A stretch of DNA of 53,665 nucleotides, from NCBI GenBank assembly GCA_934102055.1, contig CAKOSE010000004.1:1-53665 (forward strand), read 5' to 3'. The position numbers and the translations under genes were made by a program. A model generated the notes under the pieces. The model made no database searches. It was given only the letters and a program-made list of their open reading frames with translations, and was not told where the DNA came from. Below are positions 1 through 8,449 of this stretch, one piece after another. The DNA is from an uncultured Bacilli bacterium (lineage in GTDB: Bacteria; Bacillota_I; Bacilli_A; RF39; UBA660). Every line of letters starts with the position of its first letter. Position 1 is the first letter of the stretch.

Positions 1-71
1 TCCTTCTTATATGAATCTTTATCACTAGTCATCCTATCTAACATAGGAATATTATTTATATTATTTGTCAT
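1..71 (-). CDS. 5' end of an unidentified CDS running off the left edge (MTNNINNIPMLDRMTSDKDSYKK...)
   Basis: ATG at 71-69 preceded by TAAGGAAGAG Shine-Dalgarno-like sequence. The frame stays open to the window edge. No recognisable motif. Confidence 0.3.
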   Translation of the reverse strand, partial: MTNNINNIPMLDRMTSDKDSYKK

Positions 72-181
72 TTTATTTCACTCTTCCTTAACGATTATTT
101 TCTTGTCAAATGAATTCATTTGTTTCACTATAAACCATTTAAAAGAGCTTGTAAAATGACCAAATCTAGATTTCAGCATAC

Positions 182-214
182 AAAAAGTATAAGAGTTTCA
201 CTATTCTCTTATAC
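182..214 (-). terminator. Rho-independent terminator downstream of the disrupted surface-protein paralog
   Basis: 9-bp inverted repeat gtataagag(187-195)/ctcttatac(206-214), followed on the minus strand by a T-run (plus-strand aaaaa 182-186). Confidence 0.5.
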
Positions 215-328
215 CAATTTTTATATTTTATAAACTATACTTATCTCAAACATTACAAAGTATATAAATTCAAAAAATTTCATAATAAACGTTAGTGTTT
301 GAAATCACTCCCTAAAATAATTATATAA

Positions 329-1819
329 TTAAGGTATTATTATAAGACGGGTTGAATCATCGGAATAAGTAGTACCATCAAATGGATCAGCAACAGTTTC
401 TCCACCAAAGCTAGGATATGAACTAAAAATACTATCACCTCTAATTGTCCACGGCATACTATCAGCTGGTAATTTCATTTCAGCACCATACCAATCATAT
501 ACATCATCTTTTAAAACTTCTTTTATTCCATCTCCTAATTTACTTCTTATCATAGAGTAATTATCTCCTGTATCATTATAAATATCATAGTATTTTTCAT
601 CTGGTAAAGATGTAAACTGTGATTTACCATATCTGGAATCACCACCATAAGACATAGTTAATTCATGCGCTCCACCAACCATATCATACACTCCATATAT
701 ATTCCCTGTAGTAGACGTTAACATTCCATTTTTTGTATCATAAGCACTACAAATAGAACTGTTATCACTTGCACCACATCCTGCTTTATATTCATATATC
801 ATACCACTAGCAACACTATAAGAGTTAGCCTTTATCTCTGCATATTCATTTTTTTCACACATGCCATATCTAGAATGGGATAGATATGCTACCGCTCCCC
901 ACTCCATGTTTTTTATAACATGTGTATCAATAGATGAATTAAAACCATATTGATTGTTATTATTTTTCATATTTAATATATTTGTAAAGAAAGAACTTAA
1001 TACTTGATTATTTAAAGTAACTATATTTGGTTTATTGTGATGTTATCTATTGTTCCAGTAAGTTCAAATTTTCCTATCAAAAAACCTTTTATTTCTTCAT
1101 CTCCAAATGTAAAGGCTGGATGTGTATATGTTTTATTATTACATGTATCATCTGTACAAGCCTCATTTGTTGCTTTTAATTTACATACTTCAGATGGGTA
1201 TGCAGTTTCATCAGAACCAAGTTGATCTATACATGATAATTCTCCTGTTTTCGATGTCCCACTTTCAAATGTTATCTCTATTGGTTGAGGATCGCTTGTT
1301 TTTGTTCCAGTAGTATTATAATTCCATACTTTATATTTATATCTTGGTATCCAAACCTGCATTGTTAGAATATCATCCATTGGTATTTCTGTTCCAGGAC
1401 TTGCTGATAAATACTTACTTCTATTGGTTGATGATACTGTTACACTATTGGCCCATTTCTTTTCACAATAATCATACCAAGTGTTTCCTTTGTTTGCACT
1501 ATCTGCTTTCTTCCACGTTTCTGTTTCTTCATCATAATATACTGGTATCATTGCATCATCTAGTACTGGTTCATTTGGTTTATTACTACTACAGGTATCT
1601 ACTGTTAATTCTATTGTTTTTGAGCCTATTATTGTATCTGTAAATACTGCATATGTTGTATTTACTTTATAGGATATTAGTCCTACACACATTAAAAATA
1701 TTATACTTAAAGTAGATATAATATAGGGATTAAACTCTTTTATATCTTTATTTAATAGATTGTAGAACCCCCCCCCCCCCAGACGAATATTTGTTCGCTT
1801 TTTTATTACTTTTTTTCAT
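329..1819 (-). pseudogene. Disrupted or phase-OFF paralog of the 676-aa surface protein gene at 32553-34583
   Basis: ATG at 1819 with RBS AAAAGGAGTTAAG. Translation gives MKKSNKKANKYSS, then the 13-G tract, then VLQSIK-stop. The body ORFs 1021-1692 and 329-970 lie in two other frames. Removing one G joins the ATG to GGGGFYNLLNKDIKEFNPYIISTLSIIFLMCVGLISYK. A second -1 shift near 1031-1035 (ACAATAAACC here versus ACTACAAAACC in copy 2) splits off the C-terminal part. Confidence 0.8.
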
Positions 1820-1837
1820 AATCTTAACTCCTTTTAT
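1030..1837 (-). repeat. Dispersed direct repeat: conserved 5' module (RBS, N-tail, poly-G, TM, Cys-rich domain) shared with 33800-34601
   Basis: Long near-identical nucleotide runs by eye, for example agacgaatatttgtt next to the tract, tctgtaaatactgcatatgttgt, and ccatttcttttcacaataatcatacca. The encoded peptides align residue by residue. Confidence 0.75.
1768..1780 (-). repeat. Homopolymeric tract, 13 x G on the coding strand (C on plus)
   Basis: Counted directly: ccc at 1768-1770 plus cccccccccc at 1771-1780. It sits at the same codon position as the 12-G tract of the paralog. Confidence 0.95.
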
Positions 1838-1907
1838 TTTATATGTATATTATATAATAATTTTTTTGTTTTTGGAATAGTTTTTGTGTTTTTTATTTTT
1901 TGGTGTA

Positions 1908-1932
1908 AAATAAAAAAAGCCCTACGGCTTTT
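1908..1932 (-). terminator. Rho-independent terminator of hup
   Basis: Stem AAAGCC/GGCTTT (1916-1921 / 1926-1931) with a 4-nt loop, followed on the minus strand by TTTTTTTATTTT, directly after the hup stop codon. Confidence 0.7.
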
Positions 1933-1933
1933 A

Positions 1934-2206
1934 TTAGTTAACAGCGTCTTTAAGAGCAGCTCCTGCTTTGAAAGTAACAGCGTTTCTAGCAGCTATTTGT
2001 ACTTCAGCACCTGTTTGTGGATTACGTCCTACTCTAGCAGCTCTTTTTGAAATTGCAAATGTTCCAAATCCGATTAATGGAACTTTATCTCCTTTAACTA
2101 ATGCTTCTGTAATAGCAGCAAATGTTGCATCTACAGCTCTTCCTGCATCTGCTTTAGTAATACCAGCTTTAGCTGCAACTGATTCGATTAATTCTACTTT
2201 TTTCAT
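1934..2206 (-). CDS. hup: DNA-binding protein HU
   Basis: 90-aa ORF with HU/IHF family motifs ([20 protein letters not shown]). RBS AAGGAGGTAAAAATAAATG. Locally GC-richer, typical of a highly expressed gene. Confidence 0.95.
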   Translation of the reverse strand: MKKVELIESVAAKAGITKADAGRAVDATFAAITEALVKGDKVPLIGFGTFAISKRAARVGRNPQTGAEVQIAARNAVTFKAGAALKDAVN

Positions 2207-2324
2207 TTATTTTTACCTCCTTATATAATAATAAGCTTTTTTTATCATGCTTACATATATAAGATATCATTTATTCCCTGTAAAATCAAGAGATTTGCTA
2301 AAAAAACATAATTTTTTACATAAA

Positions 2325-2606
2325 TTAATTGTTATGCTTTTTAAGAAGAAACCACTTGCAATTAAAAGCACAGTAATTTTCTATATAATTGTCTAAAGTT
2401 GAGATATCATTTATATTATTAAATTTTTTATTGTTTTTATCACAAAAGCCTTTAAGTCTTATTTTATTATAAGCAATATCTCCGAATATGTAATCAAAAT
2501 CTTTGAAATAATCTGTAATTAAACCACTGATATCATTTACATCGAAAATTTGTGCATCGTCTTTTATAAGTTCATATTCTATACCATTAAATTCATATTT
2601 CTTCAT
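2325..2606 (-). CDS. YutD-like protein (DUF1027)
   Basis: FDYIFGDIAYNKIRLKGF and YCAFNCKWFLL match the YutD family pattern. The likely start is MKKYEF, behind the RBS GGTGAT. Confidence 0.6.
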   Translation of the reverse strand: MKKYEFNGIEYELIKDDAQIFDVNDISGLITDYFKDFDYIFGDIAYNKIRLKGFCDKNNKKFNNINDISTLDNYIENYCAFNCKWFLLKKHNN

Positions 2607-2636
2607 ATGTATCACCAATATTATTTTATCATATGA

Positions 2637-3314
2637 TTAGATATTTGAAAAGATATTGGAGCTTTTTGTAATACCTGATCCGTAATAAGATGGAACTTTT
2701 CCTTTAATTATTTTATATGATATGGGGATATCATTGGTAACTTTAATTACATCTGAAACTGTTGGAAGCATTATCTTTTCCTTTACTTCAACATGGATAT
2801 ACATTTCGAGCAAACAGTTATTAATACCATAATCTGTTATTTTAGTATCAACATTGGTAGTAACTGAGCCAATAAGTTCCATACGAACAGGAATTTTTGG
2901 ACCCTTATCATTTAGAATAGGACTTTTAAATAAGGACCCTACTGGCACTTTGAAAGAGGATTCTCTTGAAACTTTACCTTTTGTTAGAGTTTTTGATATA
3001 TTATTAGTAACGTCTCTTAAAAAGAGATTAACTAAGTAGGAATCATAATCTATCATTTCTATTTCTTTTGATGAGTTTCTGGTTATTTTATAGAGATCTT
3101 TTTCTTTTATTAGACTTAAAGCATCATCTGTAAGAGAGGAATCTACTGCTTCATCTATGATATTTTTAGCAGTTTTTATAGAATAGTTTAAGTAATAATA
3201 ACTTATATTAGAGTAAAAGAAATAAAATAGATAGCCTATGATTATAAGTAATGTAAAGATGATTATTCTTTTTTTTATAAAAATTTTTCTTTTACTTTTA
3301 AGACGCATTCTCAT
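2637..3314 (-). CDS. yunB: Sporulation protein YunB-like
   Basis: N-terminal TM, then GPKIPVRMELIGSV, GINNCLLEMYIHVEV and GKVPSYY, resembling YunB. Confidence 0.6.
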   Translation of the reverse strand: MRMRLKSKRKIFIKKRIIIFTLLIIIGYLFYFFYSNISYYYLNYSIKTAKNIIDEAVDSSLTDDALSLIKEKDLYKITRNSSKEIEMIDYDSYLVNLFLRDVTNNISKTLTKGKVSRESSFKVPVGSLFKSPILNDKGPKIPVRMELIGSVTTNVDTKITDYGINNCLLEMYIHVEVKEKIMLPTVSDVIKVTNDIPISYKIIKGKVPSYYGSGITKSSNIFSNI

Positions 3315-3348
3315 AACAAATTATATGAAAAAAAGCACTAAAAAGTGC

Positions 3349-4164
3349 TTAAACTCCGAAAAAATACTCATATACAAAGAATCCACATGTAAGTAAGATT
3401 AGAATAATTACAATGATTATTGCTATTAAAAGACCTTTTCCTTCTTTTTGTTCGATAAAGTCACTAGACATGGAATCATCATTTTCTTCTTTGTTTTCTT
3501 TTTTTGCTTGTTCTTCTTTTTTTGTTTCTTTATCTTTTTTGGGTTCAATCTTAGTAGCAATTTCTTCTTGACTTGATGATTTTTCTTCTTCTTTATTTTC
3601 TTTTAACTCTTCTTTTTGATTATTTTTTGGGACTGGGTCATCATCATATAGCTCACTAAGCAGTCTATCTTCTTCTTTTTTTGAGTAAGTATCGGTTTTT
3701 GTAATTGGCCTTTCTTTTTCGTAAACATCATCAACTAAAGATTTGATATCTTCTTTTTTCATATCTTCGTTTTGGATGGATGCGAGATCTAGCTTAGTTA
3801 AGATATTATACTCAGTATTTATAAGACGTTTTTTTTCTTTTTCTTCGAAAAGTTTATTGTCTCTTGCAAGTTTTAGTATTTCGTCAATATCATATATTCT
3901 GTTTTCTTCAGGGATCGGGTCTTCAAAAATTTCTCTTTTCTTTTCTTTGTAAGATGGCATAATTCTATCTAGTTCTCTTTGTTTTTGATAGCTTTCTCTA
4001 GTTTTAGACTTATCGTAAGTTGATAAATCCATTGCGTTATCGACATTTATATCAACATAATCAATATTCATGTCTTGTATCTCGTTATATAATTTTTCGT
4101 TTCTTGTTGTTCTTCTTTTTACAGTTGGTGTGGTAACATCATATTTTTCCATTCTTGCTTTCAT
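3349..4164 (-). CDS. Hypothetical K/E-rich protein with a single C-terminal TM (tail-anchored topology)
   Basis: Long ORF. The start is moved to MKARMEKYD behind the RBS TAGGTGAT. The C-terminus LLIAIIIVIILILLTCGFFVY is hydrophobic. I recognise no family. Confidence 0.6.
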   Translation of the reverse strand: MKARMEKYDVTTPTVKRRTTRNEKLYNEIQDMNIDYVDINVDNAMDLSTYDKSKTRESYQKQRELDRIMPSYKEKKREIFEDPIPEENRIYDIDEILKLARDNKLFEEKEKKRLINTEYNILTKLDLASIQNEDMKKEDIKSLVDDVYEKERPITKTDTYSKKEEDRLLSELYDDDPVPKNNQKEELKENKEEEKSSSQEEIATKIEPKKDKETKKEEQAKKENKEENDDSMSSDFIEQKEGKGLLIAIIIVIILILLTCGFFVYEYFFGV

Positions 4165-4268
4165 AAAATCACCTATCATTACTATAAAAATTATAACATA
4201 AAAACATTAAAAAGAAAACCATTTTATTTTATAGATTTTTATTATATAATATTATCAGGAGGTAAATT

Positions 4269-4460
4269 ATGAAAGCAAAAGTTATAGATAATCTATGTAT
4301 TGGATGTGGTGCTTGTGCTGCTCTTGTTCCAGATGAATTTGACATTAATGAAAATGGTGTAGCATATGCTATAAATGATGAAGTAAATAAAGAAAATGAA
4401 GAACTTGTAAATGATGCTAAAGATAATTGTCCTACTAGTGCAATAAGCGTTACTGAATAG
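4269..4460 (+). CDS. fdx: Small 4Fe-4S ferredoxin
   Basis: CIGCGACAALVP plus a distal CP motif. RBS caggaggtaaattATG. Confidence 0.85.
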   Translation: MKAKVIDNLCIGCGACAALVPDEFDINENGVAYAINDEVNKENEELVNDAKDNCPTSAISVTE

Positions 4461-4473
4461 TTTTTCTAAAGTA

Positions 4474-4504
4474 AAAACATAAGATTAAATGCATCTTATG
4501 TTTT
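4474..4504. terminator. Bidirectional terminator between convergent fdx and tex
   Basis: Inverted repeat aaaacataagat / atcttatgtttt with a 7-nt loop, flanked by an A-run and a T-run. Confidence 0.7.
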
Positions 4505-4511
4505 ATTTTGT

Positions 4512-6656
4512 TTACATATCTTTTAAAGTAAGAGCAACTTTCTTTTTGTCTTTATTAATTTCTAGGACTTTACATTTTATTATGTCTCCGACAGATAGGA
4601 TATCGCTTGGATGTTTAACATAATTATTACTTAAATTAGAGATATGAATTAGGCCATCGTTTTTTAGTCCTATATCTACAAAAACTCCGAAGTCTATTAC
4701 GTTTCTTACTGTTCCTTCGAGGATCATTCCTTCTTTTAGATTATCTATTGTAAGAATATCACTTTTAAGTACTGGTTTTACAAGTTCATCTCTTGGATCT
4801 AGAATTGGTTTTTCTAATGATTTTATTATATCATCTAAGGTGTATTTATCTATGCTTAGTTTTTCTATTAGCATGTTTTTATCTACTTCTTTTAGTTTGT
4901 TTTTTAGGGTTTCTGTTCCTAGTTCGTCTAGGTTTGAGTTTATTATTTTAAGTAAGCTATATGTTTTTGAATAACTTTCTGGATGGATGCTTGTTTTATC
5001 GAGTGGATTATCTCCGTCATTTATTCTTATGAAGCCTATTGCTTGTTCATATATTTTATCGGATATTTTAGTTGCTTTTTTTAAGTCTTCTCTTGTTTTA
5101 TATTTTCCTTTTTCTTCACGTATTTTTAATATTTTATCAATTGTTTTGGAAGTTAGTCCTGATATATGTGATAGTATTTCTTTTGAGGCTGTGTTTATAT
5201 TTACTCCGACATTATTTACGACACTATCTACTGTAAAATCAAGGGCTTCGCTTAGTTCTTTTTGTTTTACGTCATGTTGATATAGTCCTACTCCGATTGA
5301 CTTTGGATCGATTTTAACAAGTTCTGATAAGGGATCTTGAAGTCTTCTTCCGATGGAGATAGCACTTCTTTCTGAGACATTTAGATTTGGAAATTCTTTT
5401 ATTGCTAGATTGGATGCTGAATAGACACTTGCTCCTGCTTCGTTTACTATTATGTATTTTGTATTTGTTCCTTTGATTAGATTGGATACAAATGCTTCAC
5501 TTTCTCTAGATGCTGTTCCGTTTCCTATTGCTATTACGTCGATATTATATTTATTTATTAAATCAAGAACATGTTTTTTACTTTTTTCTTTTTCGTTTTG
5601 AGGTTCATGTGGATAAATAACACTTATATCTAGAACATTACCTGTTTTATCTAGTACTGCTAATTTACATCCTGTTCTAAATGCTGGATCAAATCCTAAG
5701 ACGGTTATTTCTTTCATTGGTGGAGATAAGAGTAAACTTTTTAAGTTGCTTGAGAAATTTGATATAGAAACTTTACTTGCTACATCAGTTAGTTCACTTC
5801 TTATTTCTCGTTCTACTGAGGGAATTATTAGTCTTTTTAGGCTATCTTTTATAGAAAGTTCTACTAAAGGACATACTTTTGATTCTTTGTTTTTAATAAG
5901 TTTTGTTTTTAAATAGGATTCTAGTTTTTCTTGATTAAAATTTATTTTAACACTTAGTATTCCTTCTTTTTCTCCTCTGTTGATAGCTAGAACTCTATGG
6001 GGTTTAATGTGTTTTATGGATTCTTCATAGGAATAATACATTTCATAGACTTTATCTACATCTTCTTTGTCTTTTCCTTTTTTTAGTTTTGTTTCTATTA
6101 CTGCGTTTTTATAAATAAAGTTTCTTATATATTTTCTGTAGCTAGCGTTATCAGAGATATATTCTGATATTATATATGATGCTCCTTCTAGTTTTTTATC
6201 TATATCTTTAATTTTACAATCATATGTTTTTGCTATGTCTTCTGGGGTTTTGTTAAGAGGAAAAGAAAGTATTATTTTTGCTAAGCCTTCTAGACCACTT
6301 GCAATGGCAGCACTTGCTTTTGTTTTTTTCTTTTCTTTATATGGTCTATATAAATCTTCAACTTCTACTAGTTTAGTACAACTTAATATTTTTTGTCTTA
6401 GGTCTTCAGTCATTAGATCTTTTTCTTCGATTAATCTAATTACGTCTTCTTTTCTTTTCATGAGATTTACTTGATAGCTATAAACTGTTTCTATTTTTTT
6501 TATCTTGGTTTCATCTAATCCGTTAGTAGCTTCTTTTCTATATCTTGCTATAAAAGGAATAGTATTACCTTCTTCGAGTAGTTTTAATGTATTTTTTACT
6601 TGTTTTTCAGTAATGTTTTCCTCTTGGGATATTTGTTTTATTATTATATCATTCAT
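4512..6656 (-). CDS. tex: Transcription accessory protein Tex (S1 RNA-binding domain protein)
   Basis: N-terminal IPFIARYRKE motif, YqgF-like core, HhH region and C-terminal S1 domain (GTVRNVIDFGVFVDIG). The start is set at MNDIII behind AAAGGTGAT. The ORF-track start at 6701 is a TTG inside a terminator. Confidence 0.9.
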   Translation of the reverse strand: MNDIIIKQISQEENITEKQVKNTLKLLEEGNTIPFIARYRKEATNGLDETKIKKIETVYSYQVNLMKRKEDVIRLIEEKDLMTEDLRQKILSCTKLVEVEDLYRPYKEKKKTKASAAIASGLEGLAKIILSFPLNKTPEDIAKTYDCKIKDIDKKLEGASYIISEYISDNASYRKYIRNFIYKNAVIETKLKKGKDKEDVDKVYEMYYSYEESIKHIKPHRVLAINRGEKEGILSVKINFNQEKLESYLKTKLIKNKESKVCPLVELSIKDSLKRLIIPSVEREIRSELTDVASKVSISNFSSNLKSLLLSPPMKEITVLGFDPAFRTGCKLAVLDKTGNVLDISVIYPHEPQNEKEKSKKHVLDLINKYNIDVIAIGNGTASRESEAFVSNLIKGTNTKYIIVNEAGASVYSASNLAIKEFPNLNVSERSAISIGRRLQDPLSELVKIDPKSIGVGLYQHDVKQKELSEALDFTVDSVVNNVGVNINTASKEILSHISGLTSKTIDKILKIREEKGKYKTREDLKKATKISDKIYEQAIGFIRINDGDNPLDKTSIHPESYSKTYSLLKIINSNLDELGTETLKNKLKEVDKNMLIEKLSIDKYTLDDIIKSLEKPILDPRDELVKPVLKSDILTIDNLKEGMILEGTVRNVIDFGVFVDIGLKNDGLIHISNLSNNYVKHPSDILSVGDIIKCKVLEINKDKKKVALTLKDM

Positions 6657-6690
6657 TTGTATCACCTTTTTAATTATAGAATAAATTAAG

Positions 6691-6719
6691 AAAAAAACCA
6701 ACTTTTTTGAGTTGGTTTT
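6691..6719 (-). terminator. Terminator of the 6723-7463 gene
   Basis: Stem AACCAACT / AGTTGGTT, followed on the minus strand by TTTTTTTC. Confidence 0.65.
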
Positions 6720-6722
6720 ACA

Positions 6723-7463
6723 TTATTTTTCTTTTATTTGTTTTGTTGTGCCATCTTGAAGAGTTAGTTTGTAGGTTGGATTTTCACATGTTTTTGATGA
6801 AGAATTACATATAACTTCTAAATCTTTCACTTTATAATCACTTAAAATTGTTTGTTTTTTCATATGATTTATTCCTGAGTCAGTTAACATATATTTAAAA
6901 ACTGTTCCGTCTTTTTTTATTATGAAAAATAGACTTATTGCATCAGATGGGTTATATATTGTTTTCACTACTACCTTGTTTAAATCTTCTTCTGATATAT
7001 TTAAATTTTTTGTTTTGTATCCCTCTCCTGATTTTGTTGGATTTGATGAGGCTGTAATGTTTTCAATACCTAAACATTCATCCGAACCTAATAAAGATGG
7101 TTCATTTACTGAAGATATATATAACTGTCCGTCATATGTGTAAATTAAGTAGCCATACCCTATCGCGTATATATGCATATCTTTTTCTCTATATGTGCTT
7201 ATTATATAGTTTTTTTCATTTGTCTCTGATGTTTTCTGAGTATCTTCTGCCTTGATTTCGTTTAATTTATCATTTGCTTCTTTCTTTTCTCTGTTTGCTA
7301 TTTCTAAGTCATCTCTTGCTACTTCTAGATTTGTTTTGGTGTTTTTATCTAGTACTAGTTTGTCATATGCTGTGTATGCTCCTAATCCTAGTAACAATAC
7401 TATTAGAATTATTATTGTTACTGTTTTTCCTGTGCTTTTTGGTTTTTCTTGGTTTTCTTCCAT
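6723..7463 (-). CDS. N-terminally membrane-anchored extracytoplasmic protein, unknown function
   Basis: RBS AAAAGGAGTGAAAGTATG. One TM (VTIIILIVLLLGLGAYTAY), a coiled-coil-like stretch, then a beta-rich domain. No known family. Confidence 0.7.
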   Translation of the reverse strand: MEENQEKPKSTGKTVTIIILIVLLLGLGAYTAYDKLVLDKNTKTNLEVARDDLEIANREKKEANDKLNEIKAEDTQKTSETNEKNYIISTYREKDMHIYAIGYGYLIYTYDGQLYISSVNEPSLLGSDECLGIENITASSNPTKSGEGYKTKNLNISEEDLNKVVVKTIYNPSDAISLFFIIKKDGTVFKYMLTDSGINHMKKQTILSDYKVKDLEVICNSSSKTCENPTYKLTLQDGTTKQIKEK

Positions 7464-7497
7464 ACTTTCACTCCTTTTTATTATCTTTTACATTTTT

Positions 7498-7526
7498 ATT
7501 TTATAATAAAACCAATACTTTTTCAA
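7498..7526 (-). promoter_or_regulatory. Sigma-A-like promoter (TTGAAA-N17-TAAAAT) embedded in a terminator hairpin
   Basis: On the minus strand: TTGAAA (7526-7521), a 17-nt spacer, then TAAAAT (7503-7498). The -35 lies in the loop of the hairpin AGTACTT-GAAA-AAGTATT. The same cassette occurs at 34622-34657. Confidence 0.5.
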
Positions 7527-7542
7527 GTACTATTTATCTTGA

Positions 7543-8184
7543 TTAGTTTTCTTTTGCTATGTTATTTATTATTTTATTTCCATCTGTGGTAAGGCTATAT
7601 TTTGTCTTTGTATTAGTGTTTGTATCATTTTTATAATATTTATAATTTGTTCCATCAAATTCAACTTCATCTTCTTCTAGTGGATTATCTATTGTTATTT
7701 CATTTTTTAGTTTTTTTGTGTCATTATATATGGTCATTTTATAGATTTTTTCTGGGGAGATTTCTCTTAGAAATCCTAAGTATTTTCCTTTAAATATATA
7801 TAACTTGGCATTGAAATTAGTTAGTACTGAACTATTTTGTAAAACTCCTCCGGATAAGGTGTCTACTTCTTTTCCATCTATATATAATGTATAGTTTACT
7901 TCTTTTTGATCTGTTATTGTGTAATATTTAATTTTTATTTTGTGATTTTTGTTTTTATATGCGACTTCTATTTCTTTTGTGCAAGAATTGTTATCTATAA
8001 CGCAAGAAGTTCCCTTTAAATCAAATATGTTCCCTTCGACTAATATATTTGAAAAGGAATTATCTTTAACAACTTCTGGTAAAGTACTTTTAAAGAATTT
8101 ATCATAAACTATATAGCTAATGGATGATATAAATAAAATAAGTAATACTATTATAATTATTGTTTTTTTGTCTTTATTTTTCAT
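7543..8184 (-). CDS. N-terminally membrane-anchored extracytoplasmic protein, unknown function
   Basis: RBS AAGAAGGTGTAGTATG. One TM (IIIIVLLILFISSISYIVY) followed by a beta-rich domain. The anchor region resembles that of the neighbouring 6723-7463 gene. Confidence 0.7.
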   Translation of the reverse strand: MKNKDKKTIIIIVLLILFISSISYIVYDKFFKSTLPEVVKDNSFSNILVEGNIFDLKGTSCVIDNNSCTKEIEVAYKNKNHKIKIKYYTITDQKEVNYTLYIDGKEVDTLSGGVLQNSSVLTNFNAKLYIFKGKYLGFLREISPEKIYKMTIYNDTKKLKNEITIDNPLEEDEVEFDGTNYKYYKNDTNTNTKTKYSLTTDGNKIINNIAKEN

Positions 8185-8271
8185 ACTACACCTTCTTTTT
8201 TATAGTATAACATGTATATTGTTTTATTGGATAAAATATTATTTTCTTTGTGTAAATAAGTGTAAAAAGAA

Positions 8272-8297
8272 CAAAATAAAAACCCTTTTAAGGGTTT
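8272..8297 (-). terminator. Terminator downstream of tRNA-Met
   Basis: Palindrome AAACCCTT..AAGGGTTT, followed on the minus strand by TTTTATTTT. Confidence 0.7.
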
Positions 8298-8308
8298 GAT
8301 ATTCTATA

Positions 8309-8385
8309 TGGTAGCGACGGAGGGGATCGAACCCCCGACCTTCCGGGTATGAACCGGACGCTCTAGCCAGCTGAGCTACATCGCC
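8309..8385 (-). tRNA. tRNA-Met (anticodon CAT), elongator type, CCA encoded
   Basis: The reverse complement GGCGATGTAGCTCAGCTGGCTAGAGCGTCCGGTTCATACCCGGAAGGTCGGGGGTTCGATCCCCTCCGTCGCTACCA folds as a cloverleaf. The anticodon stem TCCGG/CCGGA carries the loop TTCATAC, and a T-arm GGTTCGATCC is present. It closely resembles Bacillus elongator tRNA-Met. Confidence 0.9.
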
Positions 8386-8403
8386 AAAAATATAGGCAAT
8401 GTA

Positions 8404-8432
8404 ATCATAACACAGGTTTATAAAAGTTGCAA
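8404..8432 (-). promoter_or_regulatory. Sigma-A promoter for tRNA-Met (TTGCAA-N17-TGTTATGAT, extended -10)
   Basis: On the minus strand: TTGCAA (8432-8427), a 17-nt spacer, TATGAT (8409-8404) preceded by TGT. It lies about 18 nt upstream of the mature tRNA 5' end. Confidence 0.6.
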
Positions 8433-8449
8433 TACAATTTTGTATTTTT

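Noticed and set aside
420-450. RGD tripeptide (WTIRGDS) in the disrupted paralog as an integrin-binding motif
   Set aside because: It is a single tripeptide not conserved in the intact copy (which has RRGGAY at the equivalent place). It is likely coincidental.
1037-1643. Plus-strand ORFs 1037-1225, 1122-1313 and 1344-1643 from the track
   Set aside because: They lie antisense to a clearly homologous minus-strand coding region. Their translations are low-complexity L/F/Y/H-rich strings typical of the reverse frame of AT-rich genes. They have no RBS.
1768-1780. Poly-G length difference (13 versus 12) as a pure sequencing error
   Set aside because: This cannot be excluded, since homopolymers are error-prone. 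However, tracts at the identical codon position in two diverged paralogs argue that the tracts themselves are real. The issue is reported as a finding with an explicit resequencing check rather than dismissed.
6657-6701. N-terminal extensions offered by the ORF track for tex, rlmN (26813-26911), rpmF, rsgA, ffh, dac and others
   Set aside because: The extensions start at TTG, GTG or upstream ATG codons without an SD. They encode hydrophobic or nonsense leaders, or overlap terminators. Internal ATG or GTG codons with GGTGA/GGAGG SD sequences match the family N-termini.
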